DNA from: Patescibacteria group bacterium
Lineage (GTDB): Bacteria; Patescibacteriota; Microgenomatia; UBA10105; UBA927
DNA: 64,000 nucleotides
Direction of reading: 5' to 3'
Assembly: GCA_035510735.1 (NCBI GenBank)
Contig: DATKGN010000002.1
Coordinates: forward strand, 125,118-189,117
The notes under the pieces are model-generated. The model did no database searches. It worked only from the letters and a program-made list of their open reading frames with translations, and was not told the DNA's origin. Shown piece after piece: positions 50,886-60,028 of the stretch. Within the stretch, counting starts at the first letter, position 1. Every line of letters starts with the position of its first letter. The position numbers and the translations under genes were made by a program.

Positions 50886-51716
50886 TTACTTTATGTTTGT
50901 TATGACATCGATAACTTGTTGTAGTGTTTTTTTTGTGGCCCTCATATCCGGGTTTTTCGAACTTCCGTTTAAGACCATGTGATGGCTTGCGTGGAGGAAC
51001 CATGTGGCCTCCGGCTCCTGCGCTTTGAGAATATCGTAGACAGGTGTGAGATCAATCTCTTTTTTCGGAAATGCTTTCACACGAAGATATCCTTTTTTCG
51101 GATCCTTGCGGATGGCGATCATATATCCCATTTTTTGAGCGAGATGGACGACATCATCGTTAGGGGTCACGACGCCAATACCTTTCCCCCACTTCGTGGT
51201 AAATTCAACGCCTTTTTCCTTTAACTCCTTTTCCGCCCATACTTTATTCTGCAGTGATTTGTAAATACCATCGAGCGCATTCATTCCGAGATCGACAATT
51301 TTAATGGGATTGTCGGCGTAAAGAAGGCGCCACCCATCAATCTGGGCGACAAGTCCGAATTCCCAAAAATCCGCAGTCGGATTGGGAAAATACACTTCGC
51401 GGAAATGGTCAACATCGTTGACGATGGCAATAAGCCGCTCAAGGGCCGCGTCCGCTCCGCGCATCCTTTTGATCTCTTCGTAGATAAGTGTGGAGGCACA
51501 GATGTCTGCATCCGTCTGATGGTGGTCAAATTTCCCGAATCCGGTGTCCACATGAAGAATCTCTTCATCATCGTCAGGTGGAAGTTTCCCAAGCGTTGTC
51601 CCAGCAGGCACAAACGCATACGCCGCTTCTTCCCAACCCACGAGAAATGTTTTCACAAGCCAGACGCTCGTGACGGCATCGCAGTCAGGACCGATATGGG
51701 TGACAATCGTTTTCAT
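50886..51716 (-). CDS. DHH-family phosphoesterase
   Basis: Motif I HIGPDCDAV, motif II LHVDTG, motif III FDHH. Confidence 0.6.
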   Translation of the reverse strand: MKTIVTHIGPDCDAVTSVWLVKTFLVGWEEAAYAFVPAGTTLGKLPPDDDEEILHVDTGFGKFDHHQTDADICASTLIYEEIKRMRGADAALERLIAIVNDVDHFREVYFPNPTADFWEFGLVAQIDGWRLLYADNPIKIVDLGMNALDGIYKSLQNKVWAEKELKEKGVEFTTKWGKGIGVVTPNDDVVHLAQKMGYMIAIRKDPKKGYLRVKAFPKKEIDLTPVYDILKAQEPEATWFLHASHHMVLNGSSKNPDMRATKKTLQQVIDVITNIK

Positions 51717-51814
51717 AGAATTTGAGTATAGTCTAATAGCTATGCTTCCTCAATAGGTTTGCGTTTTGCCCGTCTGCATGCTATATTCAAGCGCTCTTAA
51801 AAAAGATCATACAT

Positions 51815-52240
51815 ATGCCATCAACACTAGCCGAACTCGCACGAGAGGCACAGCAAAGTACGCTTATCCTTCAAGAAAATGAAACGGTTCTCATTTCCCA
51901 ACTTTATAAGAATACCGAAAAAATGTTAGGCAAGGCTTACGCTTCCGCGTTTAATCTCCCCGGTGATACGTGTGCAAATATAACAATACATGAAGACTCC
52001 GAACATCCGGAACAAATTAATATCAAATTATCTGCCGGCGATATTATCCAAACCGGAGATCTACTTCATCATTATCAGCTTACCGAAAGCAACCTCACAG
52101 AAAACCAGCTCGAATCAGATTTTTCCATGCATCGCGAACCGTTCTCCCGTGAACAGGCTCTGAAATTACTGAGTGAAGTTATTGAACTCGGTAACAAGAA
52201 ACTGCACCCCGAAAAAAAGAAATTGAATTCTTCACATTGA
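51815..52240 (+). CDS. hypothetical protein (141 aa)
   Basis: ORF only. Confidence 0.35.
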   Translation: MPSTLAELAREAQQSTLILQENETVLISQLYKNTEKMLGKAYASAFNLPGDTCANITIHEDSEHPEQINIKLSAGDIIQTGDLLHHYQLTESNLTENQLESDFSMHREPFSREQALKLLSEVIELGNKKLHPEKKKLNSSH

Positions 52241-52307
52241 GATCAATACGCCCGGGCGAAGACCTAATAGCTTCTAGTGCACGCTGACTGAACTGGGATC
52301 GTTTGTT

Positions 52308-52826
52308 TCATACCTTTATGTATTTCCCATTTCTTGATAATTTACCATGGCGTATTTCATTGAGATACCGAATTAACTCATCATCATCTGATAATTCTAA
52401 AAACTTTTTAAACTGAATGGAAACCGCACAAAATTTAGTAAATTTGCTTCCGGTTACTAATTCTTTATGACCATGGTAGGAGAATAATTTTTCTACAGCG
52501 GATGCAAACCTATCATTTGTGTTAAATATGAGTTGTGTGTCATCTGTTAGGGTAAACCAGTCCGGAATATTGGATCCATTCCGGTATGTTTCATGGAGCG
52601 ATCCCAGTCCAATCCGAAACATGCCCGCATATAACGCCGCTGTTGGTAAATCCTGAGAGGAAGTAATGCTGTCTGCTGGCACAAAGTTCCCACGACAATT
52701 ACTATCTAAGTGGTTAAACCGAAAAAATAGACCCGTATTGCCGACTTCATAAACAGGACTATCTTTGGTAGTATAGCGAATACTATCGGTAACTTTTGCC
52801 AACCTGTCCAAAAAATTTTCACGCAT
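52308..52826 (-). CDS. hypothetical protein (172 aa)
   Basis: ORF only. Confidence 0.4.
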   Translation of the reverse strand: MRENFLDRLAKVTDSIRYTTKDSPVYEVGNTGLFFRFNHLDSNCRGNFVPADSITSSQDLPTAALYAGMFRIGLGSLHETYRNGSNIPDWFTLTDDTQLIFNTNDRFASAVEKLFSYHGHKELVTGSKFTKFCAVSIQFKKFLELSDDDELIRYLNEIRHGKLSRNGKYIKV

Positions 52827-52846
52827 TAAAAATTACTCGTTCAAAA

Positions 52847-54307
52847 TTAGTACGCCTGGGCAAATATCCACCGGTGTGTAGCCGGTTTTCCACAGTAAAC
52901 ACACTTCCCTTGTTCTTCTTTCGCATGAAGTGGTAAGCAACGCGTTGTCGCCTTCGTTTCCTTCTTAATCGCATCTTCACACGCGGCATCTTCACACCAA
53001 AACGCCCGGATGAATCCCCGATCCGTGGCCATAATATTTTTGAATTCCTGATAATTTTGCGCGTCACGCGTATTCTCATCAAGGAACTTCTTGGCTTTGG
53101 CGAAAAGGTTCGTCTGGATATCTTTGAGAATTTTCTCAACGGTCACAAGCATATTTTCCCGCTTCACGGTGATCTTTTCTCCGGTATCCCGGCGTGCAAT
53201 CGTCACACTCCGGTCATCGAATTCTTTTTGCCCGATCTCAAACCGGACCGGCACGCCCTTCACTTCCCATTCATTAAACCTTCGGCCGACGCTTGTCTCA
53301 GTCCGGTCGTCGAGTTTACTCCTTACCCCTCCATTATTGAGCGCTTCTTTTATCTCGCCGCAATACGCTGACAATAATGCCGAATCGTTCTCTTTTCTCA
53401 TGATCGGCATGAGAACAACTTGGATTGGAGCAATTTTAGGTGGCAGCACGAGACCACTGTCATCGCCGTGGACAAGGAATAATCCCCCTAAACTCCGGGT
53501 GGAAAGTCCCCACGACGTTTGCCAGGCAAATTCCATTTTGCCCTCACGGCTTTGGAACTGGATATCAAAGACTTTGGAAAAATTTTGCCCGAGATTATGT
53601 GACGTCCCTGCCTGGAGCGCTTTCCCATCCGGCATAAGCGCTTCGATTGCAAACGTTGCCTTGGCGCCCGCAAACTTTTCCGATTCGCTTTTCCGTCCTA
53701 ACACACAGGGAATTGCGTAATAATCTTCATACACCTGCCGGTACCAATCCAGTGCCTTCATGACGATATCGACGGCCTCCCGCTCCGTCTCGTGAACCGT
53801 ATGCCCCTCCTGCCAAAGAAATTCAGTCGTCCTCAAGAACAAATACGTGCGCTTCTCCCACCGAACCACATTGTTCCATTGATTGATGAGCATCGGGAGG
53901 TCGCGCCAGCTATGAATCCACTTTTTATACATTTCATACATGATGGTTTCGCTCGTTGGCCGGACCACAAGAGGATCCTTAAGCGTTTCACCGCCGCCGA
54001 TCGTCACAATCGCAAGCTCCGGTGAAAACCCCTTGACGTGCTCTTTTTCCTTTTCGAGTAACGAATACGGGATAAATAAAGGAAAATATGCATTCTCAAC
54101 ACCCGCCGGCCGGATCATCCCGTTAAATATCTCCTGCACTTTTTCCCAAAGCGCATACCCGTATGGACGGATCACCATTGTGCCTTTGACGGGTCCGTAA
54201 TCGGCAAGTGTCGCTTTGAGAATCACATCGGTATACCAATCCGACAGGTTTTCACTTTTCTTCTTCAATTCCTTTTTATCAAATTGTTTTGCCATATATT
54301 CCTCCAC
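52847..54307 (-). CDS. proS: prolyl-tRNA synthetase, archaeal/eukaryal-type
   Basis: 486 aa class II core with a C-terminal Zn-binding domain (CVYCGKPATHRW) and no INS editing domain. Confidence 0.9.
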   Translation of the reverse strand: MEEYMAKQFDKKELKKKSENLSDWYTDVILKATLADYGPVKGTMVIRPYGYALWEKVQEIFNGMIRPAGVENAYFPLFIPYSLLEKEKEHVKGFSPELAIVTIGGGETLKDPLVVRPTSETIMYEMYKKWIHSWRDLPMLINQWNNVVRWEKRTYLFLRTTEFLWQEGHTVHETEREAVDIVMKALDWYRQVYEDYYAIPCVLGRKSESEKFAGAKATFAIEALMPDGKALQAGTSHNLGQNFSKVFDIQFQSREGKMEFAWQTSWGLSTRSLGGLFLVHGDDSGLVLPPKIAPIQVVLMPIMRKENDSALLSAYCGEIKEALNNGGVRSKLDDRTETSVGRRFNEWEVKGVPVRFEIGQKEFDDRSVTIARRDTGEKITVKRENMLVTVEKILKDIQTNLFAKAKKFLDENTRDAQNYQEFKNIMATDRGFIRAFWCEDAACEDAIKKETKATTRCLPLHAKEEQGKCVYCGKPATHRWIFAQAY

Positions 54308-54338
54308 AAAAAAACCGTTCCTCCATAAGGACGAACGG
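54308..54338 (-). terminator. intrinsic terminator (expression platform of the T-box leader)
   Basis: 10-bp GC-rich stem (one mismatch), 4-nt loop, a 7-U tract, 3 nt before the SD/ATG of proS. Confidence 0.6.
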
Positions 54339-54525
54339 CTGTTCGTGGTACCACCTTAATTTAGGGTTTAGGGATTAGAGTTTAGAATTTAGTTATCCTA
54401 AACTCTAATGCTCTACACTCTAAGCTCTCTTATTTACAGCTATTTCGGGCTTATCCGTCCCCGTTCTTAGCGGGACCGCTCGCTATGCTCGGAACATAGC
54501 GTTCCCTCTAAAGGATCGCGTTGCT
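54308..54525 (-). promoter_or_regulatory. probable T-box riboswitch leader of proS
   Basis: Read on the minus strand: a TTGACA-17-TAGAGT promoter (54530-54558), a ~215-nt structured leader, the T-box motif AAUUAAGGUGGUACCACGAAC (at 54341-54362), and a terminator CCGUUCGUCC-UUAU-GGAGGAACGG followed by UUUUUUU (54308-54338); ACGAAC upstream can pair with GUUCGU of the terminator 5' arm (antiterminator). Confidence 0.6.
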
Positions 54526-54580
54526 CTCTACTCTACGGGTTTTCCATCCTGTTGTCAAGAATACAGCGATCATCGTTTCT

Positions 54581-55429
54581 TCAATTTCCATGCCCCTTAC
54601 CAAATCCGCTACCATACCCATTATTTCCGTATCCGTTGCTGTTTCCGTTGTTATTCCCGTTCCAATAATTATTCTGATGGCCCCCCGGCGTCGAAGTGGG
54701 TGTCGGCGAATTGGTCGTCTGAAGCGAGGACTCTTGAAAGGCCGGAGCAGGAGAAGGTGAGGGTGTCGGTGTAAATGTCGGTTGAGGTGTGGGCGCGGGT
54801 GTCGGCGTTACAGTATTTTGCTGTTCTGAATTTGCAGGTTGATACGTATTAAGCAGTTGAACATCATGAATGATGGTGGTGATTTGATTTTGCGTGGTAT
54901 CTATTTGATGTATTACCTCGACAACCTGCGTCACCTGGGTTACATGATTCACAATAATCACTTCCCGATGAACGACAGATGGTGCTGTATTAATGGATCC
55001 CGATGAAACACTTGCGCCGTTATATTTGTTGAATATCTGTTTTTGTTGTTCAAGCTGACTGGACGCATTTTGAAGCGCCGTTACATACTGAATAGTCATC
55101 TGATCCCGTGACGGACCGGGAGGTGCTTGTGCGATAGCCAGTTTTGCCGCCTCCGCCTGCTCTGTAAAATACGCGAGACCATCCGGCGATGCGCTGTTGT
55201 TAAGAAGCGTCGTCGCTTCAGAAAATCGTTGATTGGTGAATGCTATCTGCAATTCTCCTTTCGCCTGACTCGTCGGCGCGAGCGCTAAAACCGTATTTTC
55301 CATGGCGATCTTCACACCGTACAACCGGTTTCCGGGAACATCGTTCCATGAAGCAACCGCAAGTCCGCTCGGAATTAAAAATAGGAGCAACAATATCCAA
55401 ATCGTCGTATCAATCCAGGAACTCCGCAT
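54581..55429 (-). CDS. secreted/anchored low-complexity protein (TP-rich and G/N-rich C-terminus)
   Basis: N-terminal hydrophobic anchor, Q/T-rich middle, PTPAPTPQPTFTPTP and GNNNGNSNGYG tails. Confidence 0.5.
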   Translation of the reverse strand: MRSSWIDTTIWILLLLFLIPSGLAVASWNDVPGNRLYGVKIAMENTVLALAPTSQAKGELQIAFTNQRFSEATTLLNNSASPDGLAYFTEQAEAAKLAIAQAPPGPSRDQMTIQYVTALQNASSQLEQQKQIFNKYNGASVSSGSINTAPSVVHREVIIVNHVTQVTQVVEVIHQIDTTQNQITTIIHDVQLLNTYQPANSEQQNTVTPTPAPTPQPTFTPTPSPSPAPAFQESSLQTTNSPTPTSTPGGHQNNYWNGNNNGNSNGYGNNGYGSGFGKGHGN

Positions 55430-55463
55430 GCTATGTCAGCGTAAATGATATTCTTTCTCCCTG

Positions 55464-56588
55464 TCAACCACCCTGGGCCAACCTGAGAATATCGTGTATT
55501 GAAATAAGAACGACCAGAGCCAAGAGTATGAGCATCCCAATCTGATGGGTCGAACGCTCAAACGCGGGGGCGATTTTCCGCCCTAATATTTTTTCAAGAA
55601 ATACAAATAGCACACGGCCTCCATCAAGCGCGGGAATCGGAAGAACGTTTAACACCGCCAAATTTAATGACAAAAGACTCATAAACTCCAGAACCGCGCG
55701 GAAACCGAACTTAACCGCCTGACCGGTTACTTGAGCTATCCCGATCGGTCCTGCTACATCTGCGCCCACCGGCTTTAACTGTGCCACCTTCACGATAAGA
55801 CCCCAGATACCGGTAAACATATCACCCGCCCGCGCCACGTTTTGTTTTACTGCGACCCACGGCGCGCGCGATAACGGATACGTCTTAAACTCCAAGTCCG
55901 AAACTGCAACACCCATCGGCCCCTCCCCTGCCGGAAACGTTTTACGCGGAACCAACGAGACCGGAAATGTCGAACTGTTCCTCACGATAGTAAAAGTTAT
56001 AGACTCGCCTTCATGTGCGTGGGTAAACGTCACTAAATCACTGGGCACAATGACGCTCTTTGTTTCACCACTTACACCTAAAGGCGAGTACGTTACGCGT
56101 GTGATGATATCGTTTTGCTTAATGCCGGCGGCGGCGGCCGGGCTTCCCGCGACAACACGTTCTATATGGACCTGACCAGTGGTTTCATAAACGCCTTGCG
56201 TCAAAAGATATGTCGTAATGCCAACGGCCAATAGAAAATTCATGGTCACACCAGCAAGGAGTATCGCGACGCGTTCCGTTTTACTCCGTGCCCAGAAATA
56301 TTGAGAAAGTGTCTGTTTGCTCGACCCTTTGCCCGCCGAAGCCTTGGCGGAGGGCGGGTCATCATCTTCTCCGGAGAGCTTCACAAACCCGCCGATCGGA
56401 AGCCAATTAATGGAGTATATTGTTTTCCCTATCTTTTTCCCCCAAATCCGGGGCGGCAATCCGAACCCGAATTCCTCAACGTGGACCCCTATGAGTCGCG
56501 CAACCGTATAATGGCCAAGCTCATGAACGAATACGAGGATACTGAGAATAATGAAAAATACGACAATGGTGATAATAGTGGTTATCAT
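55464..56588 (-). CDS. rseP: RIP metalloprotease RseP (site-2 protease)
   Basis: HELGHY zinc motif in TM1, PDZ domain, LDGG motif; start trimmed to MITTII. Confidence 0.85.
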   Translation of the reverse strand: MITTIITIVVFFIILSILVFVHELGHYTVARLIGVHVEEFGFGLPPRIWGKKIGKTIYSINWLPIGGFVKLSGEDDDPPSAKASAGKGSSKQTLSQYFWARSKTERVAILLAGVTMNFLLAVGITTYLLTQGVYETTGQVHIERVVAGSPAAAAGIKQNDIITRVTYSPLGVSGETKSVIVPSDLVTFTHAHEGESITFTIVRNSSTFPVSLVPRKTFPAGEGPMGVAVSDLEFKTYPLSRAPWVAVKQNVARAGDMFTGIWGLIVKVAQLKPVGADVAGPIGIAQVTGQAVKFGFRAVLEFMSLLSLNLAVLNVLPIPALDGGRVLFVFLEKILGRKIAPAFERSTHQIGMLILLALVVLISIHDILRLAQGG

Positions 56589-56664
56589 AAAAACAATATA
56601 ATGACCTGATGAAGCTATTATCCAATGATTCGGAGGTAGAAGTAAATAGGGATTAACTAAACTC

Positions 56665-57228
56665 TCACACCTGGAGAAGTTCTGCTTCTTTCTTTGCGCC
56701 GATTGCGTCAATTTCAGCAATCATCTCGTCCGTCATCTCCTGAACAAGTTTATCACCGTGCTCCTGTTGATCCTCTGAAATGGTTTTTTCATCGGCCTCT
56801 TTCTTCAGGTTTTTCATCGCCTCATGCCGTATCTGCCGTATCATGATGCGCCCGCCTTCAAGTTTGGCTTTTGCTAATTTCGTATATTCGAGGCGCCGTT
56901 CCTCCGATAATGGCGGAAGTGAAATCCGGATGATCTCTTTATCAATAACCGGGGTTAGGCCGCTACTTCCGGCTAAGATGCCCTTTTCAATTTCCGCTAG
57001 TTGTGATGGATCGTATGGTGATATCACAATCGTTTTGGCATCCATTGTCGAAATGGTCGCCATCTCCATGAGCCTCAAGTGCTGGCTCCCGCCATAGGAC
57101 GCAATCATAATATTTTCAACAAGTGCGGGAGTGGCGCGACCGGAACGAATCGTACTTAAATCCTGATTCGTGACCTCGAGGGCTTTTTTCATGTGGTCAC
57201 GCGTTCTTTGAAGTATTGTGTCAACCAT
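56665..57228 (-). CDS. frr: ribosome recycling factor
   Basis: 187 aa, typical RRF sequence. Confidence 0.9.
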   Translation of the reverse strand: MVDTILQRTRDHMKKALEVTNQDLSTIRSGRATPALVENIMIASYGGSQHLRLMEMATISTMDAKTIVISPYDPSQLAEIEKGILAGSSGLTPVIDKEIIRISLPPLSEERRLEYTKLAKAKLEGGRIMIRQIRHEAMKNLKKEADEKTISEDQQEHGDKLVQEMTDEMIAEIDAIGAKKEAELLQV

Positions 57229-57298
57229 TGCTGTAGGTATCTTACCCGCCTCCTGCCTTGAATGTCAAGAACCGTATAAGATCCAGGTCAGTTGAACG

Positions 57299-58288
57299 TT
57301 AATATCGCTTCGGAATAATAAGTTTATTATCAGATATCGCCCGCGTAACCGACCTAAACCTGCCGTTATTTCGGGCGTCATTCAGCGTCTCCGGGGTCTC
57401 ATCTTCTCCGAATATATGGAAAAAATAATCATGATCAAAATAGTAACGCACAACCTGTAGAAATGAATCGTAAGACGTATTCGGCAATGATAAAAGATAA
57501 TATTTACCTGAACCTGATTCTTTTGATCCTGTCTTTACATGGTCGATGAATGTCAGAGTTAAACCGCTTTTTTGAGCAAGTTTCTCGGGGTCATCATTTG
57601 AGCCAAAGTGATATGAGTTAAAAATACTTATGAACATATTCCGCTGCCAAAACGTTTCTTCGCCCTTCATAAATGCGAGTGTGTCTACGGTATTATGAGG
57701 GTCATTCTTCGCGGATTCGATTATCGAGAGACCAGAGTCAACTTTTATCAGGTTAGCATTATCATACGGCGAATCCTTAAGGGTAAAACGCACATAATTG
57801 ATGAGCCAACCGGCGACCAGTTCACCTGTTTTATACCGACTCATTTCGTACCGTGCCGCCGGGTTCCGGTCTGAAGAAAAAATCACATAGTCACCATCAA
57901 GTATTTCGTTTGCTTGGTGTGAGGTCAATTCATTCCGATCAGTAGTCGCCCATAAGAATATCGGCAACAGGTCCTTTGCGACTTTGAGTAAGCGAAGCTT
58001 AGCACGAATCTGAGGCCCGTCGATATACGGAGAGCTTATCGCCTCAACCGCTGTTTCTGCATTTTCATACATTACGCGCGCGTTGAACTTGTCCAACAGG
58101 TCTGCCTTTTCAAAAATTGAATGAACGAGTGTATTGCTTTCGTAGTTATCTCCGTTAGGATCAGACAAGTCACCCCGGACAATACCGATATCATGCGTGT
58201 GATTTGTTGCACCGTGCTCGAATAGTGTTCGTGCAAAAACTTGAGGATTTGTAGTTGAAGAATACTTTTCTACCGCACCTAATGCCAT
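57299..58288 (-). CDS. hypothetical protein (329 aa) occupying the position of pyrH
   Basis: ORF between tsf and frr; it lacks the Gly-rich amino-acid-kinase-fold motifs of UMP kinase. Confidence 0.5.
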   Translation of the reverse strand: MALGAVEKYSSTTNPQVFARTLFEHGATNHTHDIGIVRGDLSDPNGDNYESNTLVHSIFEKADLLDKFNARVMYENAETAVEAISSPYIDGPQIRAKLRLLKVAKDLLPIFLWATTDRNELTSHQANEILDGDYVIFSSDRNPAARYEMSRYKTGELVAGWLINYVRFTLKDSPYDNANLIKVDSGLSIIESAKNDPHNTVDTLAFMKGEETFWQRNMFISIFNSYHFGSNDDPEKLAQKSGLTLTFIDHVKTGSKESGSGKYYLLSLPNTSYDSFLQVVRYYFDHDYFFHIFGEDETPETLNDARNNGRFRSVTRAISDNKLIIPKRY

Positions 58289-58314
58289 ACGATTTGTACG
58301 TTTCCGGCAGGATC

Positions 58315-58770
58315 TTATTCCCCCAGCGCCATCCGCGTAAAGCGTGCTATGGTAATATTTTCCCCGACCTTTGCGATCGTCTGTTTGACGAGTGCTTCGA
58401 TCGTAAGCTTCGGATCACGGATATATTCACTTTTCAACAGGATTTTGACATCCTTGGGATTCATGGACGCAACCTGCAGGGCCAACTCATGCGTCAAGGT
58501 TTTAAATGCATCGGTCCGTGCCACGAAATCGGTTTCACAGCGGACTTCAACAAGGACGCCGACTTTCCCACCATGGACATAGGATTCAATAAGCCCTGCT
58601 CCTGTTTTGCGGTCTGCCTTCTTCGCCGCTTTTTCGACGCCGCGGGCGATAAGCAATTTTTTCGCCTTTTCGTAATCGCTGTTTGCGTCTTCAAGCGCCT
58701 GTCTGCAGTTCGACACACCTGCCGATGTTTCGGCCCGTAGTTTTTTCAGTAAATCAAGTGATATCTGCAT
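58315..58770 (-). CDS. tsf: elongation factor Ts (short form)
   Basis: UBA-like N-terminus LLKKLRAETSAGVSNCRQALEDANSDYEKAKKLL, single core subdomain, 151 aa. Confidence 0.85.
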   Translation of the reverse strand: MQISLDLLKKLRAETSAGVSNCRQALEDANSDYEKAKKLLIARGVEKAAKKADRKTGAGLIESYVHGGKVGVLVEVRCETDFVARTDAFKTLTHELALQVASMNPKDVKILLKSEYIRDPKLTIEALVKQTIAKVGENITIARFTRMALGE

Positions 58771-58772
58771 AG

Positions 58773-59702
58773 TTATTTCCCCGCTTTCTTTGTGACTCCT
58801 GGTTTAGCCAACTCGGGTGCCGCTTCCTTTTTTACTTCAACTTTGGCTGCGGCGGCTTTCTTCGCCATTTTCTCTGCCTCGCGTTTTTGCTCTTCTTTTA
58901 ATGACAACACTTTTTTAGCATCTTCATCCTGTTTTTTCTTTGCTTCTTCAGCTTTTACTCTGAGCTCCTCATTTTTTACTTGTTCTTCTTCCTTCCGCCT
59001 GTTAAGAATATCTTTGCCTTCCTGATACGCTGTGGCTATGTAATGAACGATATAGGTAACCGAACCGACCGCATCATCGTTTGCAGGAATGACGTAATCA
59101 ATTCCTGTCGGATCTGAATTGGTATCAACGACACCGACAACCGGAACTACACGCCGCTGTGCTTCACGAACAGCAGCAATTTCTTTACGAGTGTCTACGA
59201 CAAATAATACTGCTGGCACCTGCATGAGGTGAAGTACTCCGCCATAATATATTTTTATCCTACTTAAATACCGTGCCATCTTCGTTTGTTCGTGCTTGGG
59301 AAATTTTTTCCACGCGCCTGTTGCCTGTTCATCGGTCATCCGGTTAATTTTCTCAATATTTTTCCGGATCTGGTCCCAATTCGTTAAAAATCCGCCGATC
59401 CATCGTTCGGAAAAATATGGCGCACCGACTGCTTCGGCTTCCTGTTGCAAAATTCCCCGTGCCTGGCGCTTCGTCCCGACAAACAATACCTCACCCCCGC
59501 CTGCTACCACGGATTTAATATGTTCTCCCGCCGCCTCAAGACCTGCTTTGGTTTTGGCTAAATCAATAATGTGGATTCCGTCTTTCTCGGTATAAATAAA
59601 TTGGGACGCTTTCGGGTGCCAACGCTCAGATTTGTGGCCAAAATGACAACCCGCTTCAAGTAATGCCTGTAGTGTAATTTCTTGCATAATTATATTTGTC
59701 AT
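58773..59702 (-). CDS. rpsB: 30S ribosomal protein S2 with a K/E-rich C-terminal extension
   Basis: Conserved S2 core (HFGHKSERWHPK...), ~70-aa lysine/glutamate-rich tail. Confidence 0.9.
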   Translation of the reverse strand: MTNIIMQEITLQALLEAGCHFGHKSERWHPKASQFIYTEKDGIHIIDLAKTKAGLEAAGEHIKSVVAGGGEVLFVGTKRQARGILQQEAEAVGAPYFSERWIGGFLTNWDQIRKNIEKINRMTDEQATGAWKKFPKHEQTKMARYLSRIKIYYGGVLHLMQVPAVLFVVDTRKEIAAVREAQRRVVPVVGVVDTNSDPTGIDYVIPANDDAVGSVTYIVHYIATAYQEGKDILNRRKEEEQVKNEELRVKAEEAKKKQDEDAKKVLSLKEEQKREAEKMAKKAAAAKVEVKKEAAPELAKPGVTKKAGK

Positions 59703-60028
59703 TCCCGCGTAGGCGGGAATCTCCTCGCTATCCTCCTTCGCTCAAATTCGTCTTGTGGTTTACATCCACACATCCGAATGTTCGCTTCGGCGGATTGATC
59801 ATATCTAAACTCTCCCTCGACAAACTCGGGATCGTTAAGCTATGAATCAAAAAAAGCACCGATACGCCGGTGCTTAAACCTTCTTGCGTATCTCTTTAAA
59901 CAAACACTCAATTGCCCTTCGACTCAGCCGGAGGGAAGAGATAGCTTATTGAGTGCGATAATGAACGTATTATACGGTCAAATCAAATTATTTGCAATAC
60001 AGTACATAGTACGGTATTGTAAGCTCAT

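Noticed and set aside
54355-54425. Telomere-like TTAGGGTTTAGGG / TTTAGNN heptad repeats
   Set aside because: They form the two arms of a perfect 12-bp hairpin (ATTAGAGTTTAG/CTAAACTCTAAT) inside the proS leader, most plausibly Stem III of the T-box element, not a telomeric or tandem-repeat locus
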